The notes under the pieces are model-generated. The model ran no database searches. It had not been told where the DNA came from and was given only the letters and a program-made list of their open reading frames with translations. A DNA stretch of 64,000 bases from Saccostrea echinata (taxonomy: Eukaryota): positions 53,692,001 to 53,756,000 of the forward strand of contig NW_026889803.1 of the NCBI RefSeq assembly GCF_033153115.1, read 5' to 3'. Shown here piece after piece: positions 27,201 to 39,588 of the stretch (within the stretch, counting starts at the first letter, position 1; each line of letters begins with the position of its first letter). Position numbers and translations under genes: made by a program.

Positions 27201-30200
27201 ATTACAACTAATTATACCAATCTCTTATATGCAAATTATACTGTATACCTACCAGGGAGAAAAACAACTACACTTTTCTTTTGAAAACTAATTAACACTA
27301 TACTCTTTTGAGAACTGTTGCATTGGAACAAATGTTGGAATCATATATGTTTTCTAATTAAATTTAAGTACATGTATATCTTGTGTATGAATCTCAAAGA
27401 TAAGCTCAGTTGCTTTCTTGTTTTCCACTGGAAAAGTCTCACAAATAAAAACTCACACTAGCTGTGATGAAGGCATCATCTACGGCTGGATAACAGATTA
27501 TCATAATGTTATCCGTACATGAATGTTGATTTTCATAGATCGAAATTTCAATGTCTACTTCTTTGAACTTACCTTAATCATTGAAGAGTTATCAGGAATG
27601 AAGCGGACACTGTCAATGTAGAAGTCAAATGCTTCCGACAGACCTGTAGGCATGGGATTACTGGCCATGGCGGTGGAGCTAGGCTCTACCCACGGCTCCT
27701 CACTATCCTGGGGTTTAGGGGTTTTAACAGCAGGGGTCCTTCTAGGAGCTGGCTTGGGTCTGGGACTATCAAAACATTTTATAAAATAAGTTTTATGATT
27801 CCACTTTCATTGACTAAAGAGAATAATCTTAAAGATGTGACAGCTAGAGAAAATTATGAAATATATGAAACATATCTGCACTAAATTCCAAGAGACCCAA
27901 TGTTTTGGACTTTGATCTGTGGCTAACCTTGGTTTTCGGACAGGACTGTGTCTTGGAGAGTGGGTAGCCAGGGGTGGAACCTGAGTGGTAGACCCAGCAG
28001 GTAATGTAGGAATAGGAGTGACCCCCTTGGGTCTGGCCCTACCCTCAGGTTCATTTCGTGGATCATACACAATAACCACCATCTCTGAGTTGTATCCCAA
28101 GACAGTATCTAATGTATGAAAAAAGAATTTTTAAATCTAATACAGTATTAGGGATTGTGACCATAACTGATAATTTAGCCAGGGAAACTACATGTAAATA
28201 TCATTCAGTATATATCTTCATGTGTAAGTACATATTATTACTAGGCTCTTTAAGTACTTAATGAATACCGGTACTATAAAGTCTTCTTCAAACTGAAAAA
28301 CAAATGTTATCAAAAATAGTAAACATTTCAAAAAACAAACCTTCCTGTTGTTCAGGTACAGGGGAGGCTGTATCTGATGAAATCAGATTCTGGGGGAGTC
28401 CCCCAGGATGGAGAGTGAACACAAAATCCCCATCCTGTAGGGACCACTCCACATTAGCCAAAGAGTCAGCTGAGGACCTGCCCCCTCGGGAGGCCCGCTG
28501 GAACAATGGGATTCTGGCCCATCCCAGCGGTACACTGGTTCCTGAAATACAAGACAAGCTAAGTGTATATGTATATGTACAATGAGATACAAATGTTATT
28601 CTGTAAACATGGGAATTCAACATGTATGGGTAAATTACACTTAATACACAATAATTCAAAAAAAAACATCCTTGTTCACATAAATACTTCCATGTATATG
28701 AACTTTTTGCTACTATTTCAGGTAAATAACATTTAAATACATGTATCAACATTTACTGTATTTTTTGAGTAGAAATTTTCTCAAATATTGAAAACTGTTA
28801 TCAATTTATCAGTCCATATCTTTTATCCTTTAGCAGTTATAATCAGTTTTAACATTTCATCTGCATAAAAGATAAATGAAATAAATCAGTGGGAATTACT
28901 TAATGCCTCTGGGCCTGGTTTCCTGTACTCGACACGAACGATGGCATAAGGAAAAGCCCCTAATTCTCTCTCTACATCCAGTTCTGAAATGTCCAAACTA
29001 TCAAATACAAACTTGTCCTCATAAAAATGAACCTCATATATAGTGTTTCCATAATTGTCCTTTGTTATGGATGTAGTGACAGCTTTCCCCATAGAGAGGC
29101 GAGATCTGAGCTTAACACTTCCGAAATAGGCGTGAACATGTATCTGTAGACCATCAGCATCTATATTTGCCAACCACTGCTCCTGTAAACCAAAGTAAAA
29201 AGAAATTAAAATAACAGGAAACTGATGCTGTCTTTATATTTTTTTAAATACAAGTACTGTAAGTCAGAGTATATACTTGGTATTATCTTTAAGAAAATGT
29301 TTTCAATCTAAAACTTAGATGAACAATATATATGTAAAAGACCTACCCTCTCTACCACCTCTGAAGGAATGATAAGTCGAAGGATGATGTCTTTAAGCCC
29401 ACAAGGATTGAGAAATCCTGGGATACCAGGGGTGGGCGGGGCACTTTGTACCTGTGCCAACCTTGATCCAGGTGTACTATGAAATTAATATTAAAATCAT
29501 TGCATATTTATATTAATAAACTTCCACAGACATTCTGTATTAATTTCCTTCAACATTTAATTCTTAAATTTTCCTATTATTGTAATGCACAAATATAACG
29601 TATATAGAGTTTGTGTTTGACAAAATGACAACTAAACCCAAACTTGAAATAGAGACAAACTCTAAGTATGTATTTGCAGTAAGATACTATTAGTTATCCA
29701 GGTTCAATCAAGGGTGTACGGGGATTTACCCCGGGTTGTATTACATACACCCTTCGGCCGAAGGGTGTATGGAATACAACCCGGGGTAAATCCCTGTACA
29801 CCCTTGATTGAACCTGGATAACAAATTTATTTCCTATGTACATGTACACAAATAAATTCTTTGTAAACAGGTCCAATCAACTGTGTTTCAAGCTATCAAT
29901 AAGATTTACTAAGTCCTACAATGCTCCATGACCTCATGTTATTTGCTTTTTATCATAGAGAACCTATGGATTGTGACATCACGTTTTTTTTACCCCTGGC
30001 TCAAGTCGGGTGTACGGAAATTTACATCCGACCTTGTAACCAATCAAAGCTCATGTTACAAGCTACATAGGAAATAAATGTACTTACCCCGGCCTTTGTC
30101 TGTTGAGGTAGGGAATTTCCAGGATATCCTTCCCATTTTCCAGATGGATCCAGGCCATCTGTATGTCCACTGTATACAGCTTACATGCTTCTCTTAAGAA

Positions 30201-33200
30201 AACCTAAAGAATTAAAAAGACTTATTTACACAATAATAACACTAATTTGTTCACCTGTTTAATTTATAATTCATTTCTTAAATTCTACTTAAATAACTGA
30301 TTATATTTTTGATAATTCCACATTTCTGACCTCCTTCATTTGCATGTAATCTCGAGCATTCATGAACTTTTCCCTGAGAAGTTCCAGTAGGGCCAGACTG
30401 AAGTGTTTAAGGACACTGGGCTGCCAACCCTGCATGAAGCACTGGTCCCAGATATACATCACAGCAGGTGTGTCCAACACACTCACAAAACCCTGGACAA
30501 AAATAAAACAGATTCAATCTCAGATGACAAATTTGTTCAAGATCATATTTAGAATAAAATGACATGTAAACGTAGAAATTTCTGCCCTATATATTATATT
30601 TATATTACAATATGATATATATGTACATTTATATAGCTACAGTACCTCTCCAATCCATCTCCTGATGAAGACTAAGGGATCTGCCAACAGTTCATTTGAC
30701 ATATACTCCTCTCTCTTACTCCCTGGGGTGGCCTTTAGTAGTTCCTCTGCTTTAGCTTTCTCTGAACTTATCAGGTGCATTAGAAACTCCTGCAATTTTA
30801 TGGCAACAACATTCAAAAGTTACTTGTGCTAATTTGCTCATGCCAAAAATTTATTTTGTATCCTGATGCTCTGATTGATCTGGATATTTGAGAAAAAAAA
30901 ATCAACATACCTTTTTATTGACCTTCATATTTGTCTTGGCAATGGATTTCAAGTGAGTGTAAAGGTCAGGGTCAGACAAGCTCAAGGTCATCATCACCTG
31001 CTCAGCAATGGCAAATACTTGTGGCCAGGTGGGAAAACAGCTAGAGTTCAAAAGGTCAAGGTACATTGCCAACTCATACACGTGTTCCCCTGAAAAAATT
31101 TTGCATATGATGTTTAATACCATAATGTTTTGGGAAAATTGAAAAGATATAAATATGTTTACAACTCATGCAATGACACAAATTAATGCAAAATAAGTTA
31201 TGTCTTATACTGATTTCTTTTTAAAACTGAAATTCGATAATGCCATATGTACATGTAGTGTAGATTTCCATATTAATCTAAACCAAGATACATGTATCCT
31301 GTACAAGTGTATGCAAAAAAACACAGAATATGATTATTTATAAAGATAAGATAATAAACATCCCACATATACAAAGAATTTGAATGCACAGTTAAAATCA
31401 AAGGACAATCAAACAGCATATGCCAGCTTTTGAGTCTATGCTCCTTCTATTGTTCACGACATTAAATCGAGGCATATGAGTAAATTAAACAAATTTAATA
31501 CCTTTCTCTGTGGTTTTTTCTGATGGAGCTTGGAAGGCTATCTGAAGTGGAAACAGCCAGTGGATGAGGTAGGGCTCATAGCTTCTATCATACACATACA
31601 GAATGTTCAGCACACGAGACGCCTCCCTCATGTGGTCTGTGGATTTAAAGGCTACCATACTAGTTGTCTTGTTGTAGGTCTGAAAAAATTAAATAGCACA
31701 TGTCTATTGGAGTTATTGCTGGTTGTCATTCGCTGAATATTTGCTGGGTAGAATGCTGATGTATACCTCAATGACTGCTGTTTCAATCAAGCCTGCAATT
31801 GGTGAGTTCGTGGCTCTTGTAATTCTTAATTCCTGAATGCCCCTACTGACCGCTTTTCCGAATCTTTCGCGAATTATTTTCTCCAAATTCCTAAAATCAT
31901 GTTAAATCAGATTAGTTCTCTTAAAACTAAGCACAAGTAAATAGATTAAAACAATTTAAAGCACATTTTAATTAAGGAATGAATTTAATAGCTACCCAAT
32001 TTATACGGTATAAACTGGATTGGGGCAGTTTATGCTTTATAAACCTCGAAGCGGTTTACAAAATAGCGTACAATTAAACTCATTCCTTATAATTTAATTT
32101 TCATTCATTTAATGTAAGAAAAATAGTTGACTGCCTTTAAAAAATGACTTTAAATTGTACAACACTTCCTGCGGATCGATACGTTTTTGAGGCAAATCAT
32201 TGTGACATAGACAACCCAATTTATACGATATAAAGTAATTTTTTAATCCAATCAAATACAGCGTTATAACCAGAATTAAATTATTGATTTTTGAGATACA
32301 TGTACTCCCATGATTTGAATAAAAGAAACTTACGCTTCAGGCATTTTTTTCCTCTCCTCTCTGAAGAGTTCATCTGACCACATGAAGGTCCTCAGTGAGC
32401 CAGGTAACTGACGACCATGCATTTTACCAGCCACATAGTCATACTTTCTAGGGTCCCTTTGAAGAATGGCTTGTACAGCTCGACCAATCAGATCACTCTG
32501 GGGACCCCATAGTGGTGGGGGATCACCCTCAACTTTATGAATCATGCCTAGAATTGTGTACATTGTACAGTTTATAATCTGAAAGATTTCTTATAATTTT
32601 TTTTTTAATTTATACAAATGAAAAATATTCCACTCTAAAGATTTTCAATACTAAGTGCTATCAAAAAATTTGAACTTTGACTTGTTGTTTCAGTGTTACA
32701 GCAAACTGATTTTTTAATGTTTACATACATTATTAATTTCAATATAATACCACATTCCTCCCTGCAAGAGTCCATTACAGGGTCATCACAACATTTGTTT
32801 TTAGGACCATACACCCATTTGTTACCTTTTTGTTGACATGCACACACTGACCATGCTTTATTATTACATGTTTATTGGGTTGAATGTTACAGGACATTAC
32901 ATACATGTACATGTAATGTTAATGTTCAAATGTAGAAAATACGCTATATCTACACACATAGAAATTCCATACACATTAACAGATTTCATCAAGTTTTGTG
33001 ACCCCCCCCCCCTTTTTTTTGGCTGAGTTTCTTTTTTCACAAAATTACTGAAAATACACAAATGATGACTAGGCTAACTATTGTTATACATAAGCAAAGT
33101 TTAACAAATGCTTTACTACACATATACATGTACACTACATAAAACATATACATGTATATTCTTCTTTTGATCCTTTCTTGATACACATGTTAAGGAGACT

Positions 33201-35825
33201 GTTAAACTGCACTTTTTGAGGTTAAACATCTCTTTTTAAAGTTACATCAATGTACATGTAATACTCTGAACAATTAATATGTAGTATATTGTCACAAAAT
33301 CAACCAGACACTGAGACAGGTTAGCTGTAACTTACAGAAGCATGCACACTCACCACTATTTTTACCAGCTAATCAAAAGAAAACCAGTATTCCAACTCAT
33401 TACATTAAGTAAATTTATATATTTTCTGGATCTGGTAATTTAATCTTTCAATAAGCAGCATACATATTTTTACTTTATATGTTTTTTTTTTAAAAATCTT
33501 TTAATGAATTAATACATCTCTAATAATGTGAAATAAATAATCTTAATAATTATCAAAACTATGAAATATAGCAACGTTCAACATTAAGACAAAAATCAAA
33601 ATATTGGAAAACTATAAATAAAGTATTGATTAAATATACATGATTAAAATTTGGGTTCATTATCAGTCAGGAAGGATTTTTACCATAATGAGTAGCCATT
33701 TGGAACTAATATTTTCAAGGAAAAAATTCTACATCTCCAAAGGAAAACTAAGGAGAGGAGTTTAAGATTAAATATATTTAAAATATGGTATAAAACTAAA
33801 GTTTTACCTCGTATTGTAGCCGAGTTCGGTTTATCAGTAGAGCCGGATGATACTGATGATACAGCTGTTGCCGGTTTGACACGACTCGGTGCTGGAATCT
33901 TTAACATTCTGTTCAGTTTGTTTTCTAACTTAATCTCATCCTCCTTTTGTTTCTACAACAATAAACAAACAGTGTTTGTGAACTTATAATGCTGATGAGT
34001 TTGGAAAATTCCTACTGTGGCAAAATAGTGTCTGTTACATTTTATGTAACTATGAACTTTTAACATCGTTGAGAAAAGAATTACATGTACTTGCAGTAAG
34101 TAATAACAAGTCAAACAGATCTAGAACGATACCGGGTATATTCCCTTCTTCCAAGTGTTTTAATTTTCTCATTGAGATTTTTAAAAAAAACATTGATGCA
34201 ACTAATGAGTTGAAATAAAACAATAGAAATACATGTATAACCTATGCATAAACTGCAATAATTCAGGTCACTGAAACCAAATACCAGATAATATATTGTG
34301 GTGTATTCATTAACATGGTACATTTGACTAAGTTTGAATGACCCTTGATGAATTCAATTCATATTTAGGAGCATCTTTGATGAAAATTTTTTACAAAATT
34401 GCCAAATAGTAACTTGACTACTATGTATAAATGAACAAATCAAGGATAAATACTTCCTGAAGAGTAAACAGATAGAAAATCTTCAGAAAAATGGATTTTT
34501 TTCTAATACTCATGGATTTTTAATTTTTTTGCATACATGCATTGGGTTTGTAGACTTACTTTGAGTTCATTTTCCTGTTTGTATTCTTCTCTCTCCAAAC
34601 CTCGGAGGAAAATGTTGTATGTGTGCTGTAGGAACTGCTCATACTCATTGGGCTGAGTGGTGCTGTAAAAATACAATGTGGATATCCACATGATACAATG
34701 ATATACTTACCATTTTTCTCCTTTATCATTTTATGATTAAATTAAACACTGTTGGTAGCTTTAATTTTTGACAAGAAGAACAATATTCATGTATATACAA
34801 AAGCGTATATTATATGCTAATATTGCAAACATACTCTCTCATAAGTTTGTAACAAATCCAAATGTATATGAATCCTACATGATAAAAAAAATGTAAATAT
34901 TTGTCTCACCTTGTGTTAAGATTTTTGCCTAACATTACACTGTAGCCTTTTTCCTTGACACACTTATACACCTGGCTGTTCAGGTAAGCCTGGGCCTCCT
35001 TCATAATCTTTTGTTTCTCTATGGGAGTCATATTGGGTGGTTCCTGTTTTTGTAAAACATCAATATGTATTATATGAATAAATGTACATAATTTTGAAAG
35101 AATTAAACGATAATGGGAATAATTATTTTAAAAAATTACATAAAATACCCTTACAGATGCTCCTCATTTTATTTGTCAGTTAAACTACTAATACATGTAT
35201 GTTCTTCTCAAAACTTACAAATGTGAGTGCTTTTCATTCCCGATCTCAATTACATGTCTCCTATCTGTCTGTGATATTGAAGTACAAATGTAATTTAGAA
35301 ACTGACCAGTATCTGTGGGTTCCATGTTGCCTTGGGGAGGTACTTTTCTACAAACACCTCCCCCAGAGTCTGAATCAGGGCCTCCTTTCTCTCAGGTTTA
35401 CTAAACTGTTTCTCCACCTTACTGGCCAAGGATTGGGCAATTTTAGCCTCCATCTGAAAGAAGCCATATTTCATTCTATTCTCTCAATATATTTGAGATT
35501 TGAAAATGCCTGCATTTCATGAATAGTATCACAATAAGTTGCACACATTAAAATTTTGTGTTCAATAATGATTCGAAAAAGAGATTTATTTCTGAATTCA
35601 TGCACAATTTTATCATTAAAATGATCACTGTTGTCATACATTTGGAATTATATTCATCAATTGTGAAGAATATTTGGCATTTCAAAGATTCCTGCAGCAG
35701 TCAGGACTTACCGCATGCCATGGTGCATCTGGAAGTAAAGTTTGTTGATAACAGGAATTAATCCAGTCCACGGAGAACGGATTTCTGTCCGATTTTTTTG
35801 AAGGATCTTCTCTATGAGTTGACAT
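18274..35825 (-). CDS. Uncharacterised ~1414-aa protein: degenerate TBC/Rab-GAP-like domain + about three C2-like modules. 27 exons: 35712-35825, 35307-35453, 34910-35043, 34560-34662, 33808-33952, 32334-32547, 31767-31890, 31502-31679, 30911-31089, 30646-30789, 30331-30492, 30088-30203, 29347-29476, 28900-29182, 28341-28541, 27928-28108, 27573-27765, 26879-27100, 26614-26760, 26189-26357, 24267-24428, 23931-24091, 23358-23539, 23018-23153, 20526-20594, 20019-20228, 18274-18312
   Basis: All introns GT-AG with matching phases; 4245 nt open frame ending EDALMNAGYGPL*. TBC-like motifs LPGSLRTFMW, ASRVLNILYVY, LSDPDLYTHL, FIRRWIGEGFVSVLDTPAVMYIWDQCFMQG..LALL. C2-like motifs PLGWARIPLF..LQDG, FDFYIDSVRFIPDN..VIGSCFVPVF..LNVG, ILAWAVVPMF..VASGTHEVPLF. 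Confidence 0.85.
20721..20890. mobile_element. Tc1/mariner-pogo type MITE fragment
   Basis: ta|CCGTATATACTCGCCTATAAGTCG terminus with repeated TATAAGTCGG / CCGACTTATA subterminal motifs. Confidence 0.55.
21018..21600. repeat. ~297-bp near-identical tandem duplication including the left end of a Harbinger-like MITE
   Basis: 21018-21315 repeated at 21316-21600; junction at a (TA)n tract. Confidence 0.85.
21408..22937. mobile_element. PIF/Harbinger-like non-autonomous element
   Basis: taa|GGGCTATTCCAGAAAAAA ... TTTTTTCCTGGAATAGCCC|taa; 3-bp TAA TSD; ACCACCCAT subterminal repeats at both ends. Confidence 0.75.
24594..25551 (-). mobile_element. HINE (Helentron-associated) element carrying ~5 copies of a 157-bp satellite
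   Basis: Minus strand: hairpin TATACCCCCGCTCCGAAGGAGAGGGGGGTATA, (CTGT/CCGT)n microsatellite 25440-25500, repeat starts at 24753/24911/25068/25225/25382, terminal CTTGTT. Confidence 0.8.
25655..26150. repeat. 28-bp minisatellite, ~18 copies
   Basis: Unit ATCACTGACACACTTTAACTGGGACTGA. Confidence 0.95.
29693..30078. mobile_element. Palindromic non-autonomous element (130-bp hairpin followed by a segment bounded by a second inverted repeat)
   Basis: 29693-29822 is a near-perfect palindrome centred on CCCTTCGGCCGAAGGG; TTTATTTCCTATGTA (~29826) pairs with TACATAGGAAATAAA (~30064). Confidence 0.7.
31970..32285. mobile_element. Degenerate element with the same hairpin-plus-IR layout
   Basis: TAAGGAATGAATTTAAT ... 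ATTAAACTCATTCCTTA inverted pair; ATAATTTAATT ... AATTAAATTAT second pair; internal direct repeat ACCCAATTTATACG.TATAAA. Confidence 0.5.
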
Positions 35826-36011
35826 CGTCAATAATAATTCAACATCCAATGAATTAAAACTTGTAAACACACTCCGTAAGTTCACATTAAAAAATATACA
35901 AATAAAAAAATAAATAAGTTACACATACATAAATATCCCTTGTACCCTGCAAGTCTATGTACAATGTTTTACATATTTATATCACAACAGACCACAGGTC
36001 CAGTCAGCCAG

Positions 36012-39000
36012 CTAAGTGACTAGTGCTTGAAGCTCGGGGGGATCTTCTCCATAGCAATGTTTAGCTAATGTGTTTCGGTAAGAGTTTTCATGCTGAACGC
36101 TCTGCAAAGATACATTGTATATGTATGAATAATATCAACTGTACAATATGAGATCATTTTCATTAATCAAATGATATGCTGATAAAATGTTACCAGGTAT
36201 TACAATTGTCCTTCTTGGGCTAGTAGAAGTAACCAAAAAACCATTAACTGAACCTCTAACAGAAATTTAAGATACTGAAGCAAATTTTAATTTTTTTTAC
36301 CATAGAAGAAGTTCTACATTTGGCCAAACAGAGTTCAAAGTGATCAGATACAGAGCCAAGTGCTATGTCTAATCCCTCACGAGCATTAGTAAGAATCTTC
36401 TGCAACAATGGTCTCTGAAAAGAACAGGCTGAAGGATAACTTCTGTGTCAAAAGAATATATTCAACGATATAGTTATACATGTAATAAAGCAAAAAATAA
36501 AACGATACAAATATAGGAAGAAAATAGGCTGTGTAGTACATGTATCCAGATTGGGAGGAGGGGGGTTATAATTTAACAGTTTTTGATAAAGATTTCTGTA
36601 CCTTATCCGGCTTTAGACAACAGGCTACACAGTATTCATACACAACACAACAGGCATTCTTCAGACATGTATCACAGCGATGCTTTGATGTTGATTTAGA
36701 TCCCCTTCTTACATTACAACATCCATGGGGGTCCACTGATGTACGATTACAAACGTACCCTGAAATATCATATAAATACAAGTATGATATATTTTTCTGT
36801 TTGAAATTGCACCAGGCAATGAGTATATATTCAATACTCATTTCCAAAAAATATCAAACCTCAATATCTCAAATTAATGATGTTAACATAAAAACCTGCA
36901 ATATCTAAGGGTTTGAGATATTGAACTTCATGAGATTTACAAAAGAATGAAATATTTAAGCTTGAGATACTGAACTTGATGAAACTAACATACCTAATAT
37001 TATATTAAGTGTTTGATATTAAAATGGATTATTAAGTTTGTAATATAGTTCAATCTAACCTCTTTGAGATACCTGGTACATGTATCTGACACATACAGTT
37101 GAACTTCGGTATCTCGAACTCAGATATCTTTAATACATGTATCATGGATATGTCAAAGTGATTTTGAAGTCCCAAGCACTTATTTCTTAAGTATTTTACC
37201 CTGGATATCTTGAATCCTCTAATATCTTGAAGTCATTTCTTGGTCCCGTGAAGTTCGAGATAACGAAGTTTGACTGTTACAGTATATCATTGTTTTTATA
37301 CTGTTCTGCATAAGAAAGTGGTTATTTTCACTTTATAAACATAACAGTAAAGTCAGTTATTAAAACATGTTTCATATGCTCAAAAAAATTCTGAAAGAGT
37401 ATTTATTTTTACTCTGAAAAACAAAACATTTCAACACAATGTGCAACAATAATCATATATAAAAGCCTTGTCTGTATACCTCTCTCATCCACAATGAGAC
37501 TCTTTCCCTGGACGGAATTCCTGCATATCTGTTTCTTTGTAGAGTTCCCCTCCCCCAGCTGGACTTCAGAAATCTTTGGCTGCCATTCAAAAGGTTGTCT
37601 TAACAGGGTATGCTTTATTTCATAATCGTCTGGTACAAGCTTTGAGTTCTTAAAATGTAAAAAAAAAAAAAAAAAAAAAAAAGACTAGTGACAAAAAAGT
37701 GTAAACATTAGAAAAAAAATCCCGGCCTGAGTTTTCCTACTCACTTTTTGTCCCATACCTAGACTTGGCTTGTAAAATAAATTATATATTTATTACAGCT
37801 CATTTCTGCAAATTTTATGCAATTGTTACCCTCACACTGAACAGTTATCAACACCACACCAAGATCATAGATCAAGATCATTACCTCCCACTGCAATAAT
37901 GCCAAACCTATATTTCCTTTTAATATATATATATATTCCCTTATCCCACAGGCAAAGGCCTTGATAAGGCATTGTCTTGATAATGAGTAGACAGTAGACC
38001 AATGTTCATCAGGTTCGGCACAATCTCTTGATTTAGCTATATAGCTTGAATTAGCTGTATAGCTTTATTTAGCCATTCAAAATAGCTTGATTTACCGGTA
38101 GCTATTTTATCATACTTTTTTTCTTAAATGTGCAATTTTTTCAGTATGTAAAAAACGTTGCACTTAGGAGCAGTGAAAGTTTTTATCTTTGAACTCTTCT
38201 GAAAACAATGCATGAAAAAATCACTCATCAAATTACGTGTCCTTGAGAGAATTTGGACTTAAAGTTCTAAAAGTTTGGGGGCTATATAACAGGGTTCGAC
38301 ACTAACTTTTTAAGGATTTAGTCCAGCCGGACTAGTGCTTCATTACTTTTACTAGTCCGCACACGATTTTATTAGTCCGTCAAAAAAAAGAAAAGAAACA
38401 TCAATATTTTTAACATTAATTTAACATGACAATTAATATACTTATTATTTTTTGAAATAAACAAAGTATTTACGTGAAATATATTATTCCACAGATTCAT
38501 TGAAATCTCGCAATCAGCAAGTACGATTGTATTCCCGATCTCCGTTCTTTACATTACATCCAAAACGTCCAACATCTTCCTTAAAAGTGTCATACTAAAT
38601 CATGATCGCTAAAACCTTATACTTCATATCGATCAGTCCAAAAATTAGGCGCTGAATTGACCCAGCATTGCGTAACTACCCGCCAAAAGCTAGAAATCTA
38701 AAAATACACGAGGTTTTCCTGTAAAAGTTGTTGAGAATCGGACATCGGTAATTTATTCATATTGTTTTTCAGAAATTTTTATTGGTCCGTTCGGACTTAT
38801 TAGCCACATATTTTATTAGTCTGAATGAAAATGTATTAGTCTGAGACTAACGGACTAACGTTAGTGTCAAACCCTGTATAAAGCAACTGATTTGTGACTG
38901 CACAATTACTTCCTGAATGAAAAGTTTTGGGGCTATATAAATCAATTGATTTGTGACTGCACAGTTACTTCTTGAATGAATTTATAAAGAAGGTCAATTA

Positions 39001-39588
39001 TGGTCAACAAGAAAATTGATTGGTAATAATTCAGCACAATGTGAGATAATCATACTTAGCTATGCCTCACTGCACACAAAGCTTGAAAAGTGTTCAAAAG
39101 CAGTGCAATGTTTAAAAGAAGTTTGAATTAGATTGATTTTTTTAATAGTCCATATTTGAAATCTAAGCAGTTACATCTTTGCGACTTTTTGTGTAGGCCT
39201 AATTCTTATTAAAAAAAAATTTGTGTAAAACTGAACTGAAAAAGCTTCATCAACCTATATAGTTTTATCAAGATGTTGTGCTGGACTTGTTCATTTGAAC
39301 ACTCAAGAATATATTCCTTTAAAACAAATTCAATCCCAGATTTATAATGAATTATATGTTCTTGTGTTTTTAAAACAAAATAAGTTCGTTTACGCCAGGT
39401 TTTTTTTTTTTAACCTGAAGGAAATTCGAACCACTGATTCGATCTATTCATCCCTTTGCGATGGATCCAATTAAAATGGTTCTGTTACTAACCTTTGATA
39501 ATTTATTGGATATAAATAAAATAAAACCGCCTCCTAGTAGCAAAACCAGAACAATTCGCCGTTTTAAGTGACGAGTTCTCCACAACAT
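36012..39588 (-). CDS. SPRING1: SREBP-regulating gene protein SPRING1 (C12orf49/UPF0454), 208 aa; exons 39493-39588, 37480-37648, 36602-36759, 36301-36414, 36012-36101
   Basis: N-terminal TM ([17 protein letters not shown]), then [63 protein letters not shown]...[11 protein letters not shown], the Cys-rich SPRING domain; 627 nt in frame. Confidence 0.95.
37096..37276. mobile_element. Tc1/mariner-pogo MITE
   Basis: ta|CAGTTGAACTTCGGTATCTCGAACT ... AGTTCGAGATAACGAAGTTTGACTG terminal inverted repeats. Confidence 0.75.
38290..38876. mobile_element. MITE with CAGGG termini
   Basis: CAGGGTTCGACACTAAC ... GTTAGTGTCAAACCCTG; flanked by TATAA on both sides; TAGTCC/GGACTA subterminal motifs. Confidence 0.8.

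Noticed and set aside
36012-36014. Stop-codon readthrough fusing SPRING1 to the downstream TBC/C2 ORF
   Set aside because: An in-frame TGA follows 10 codons after the TAG
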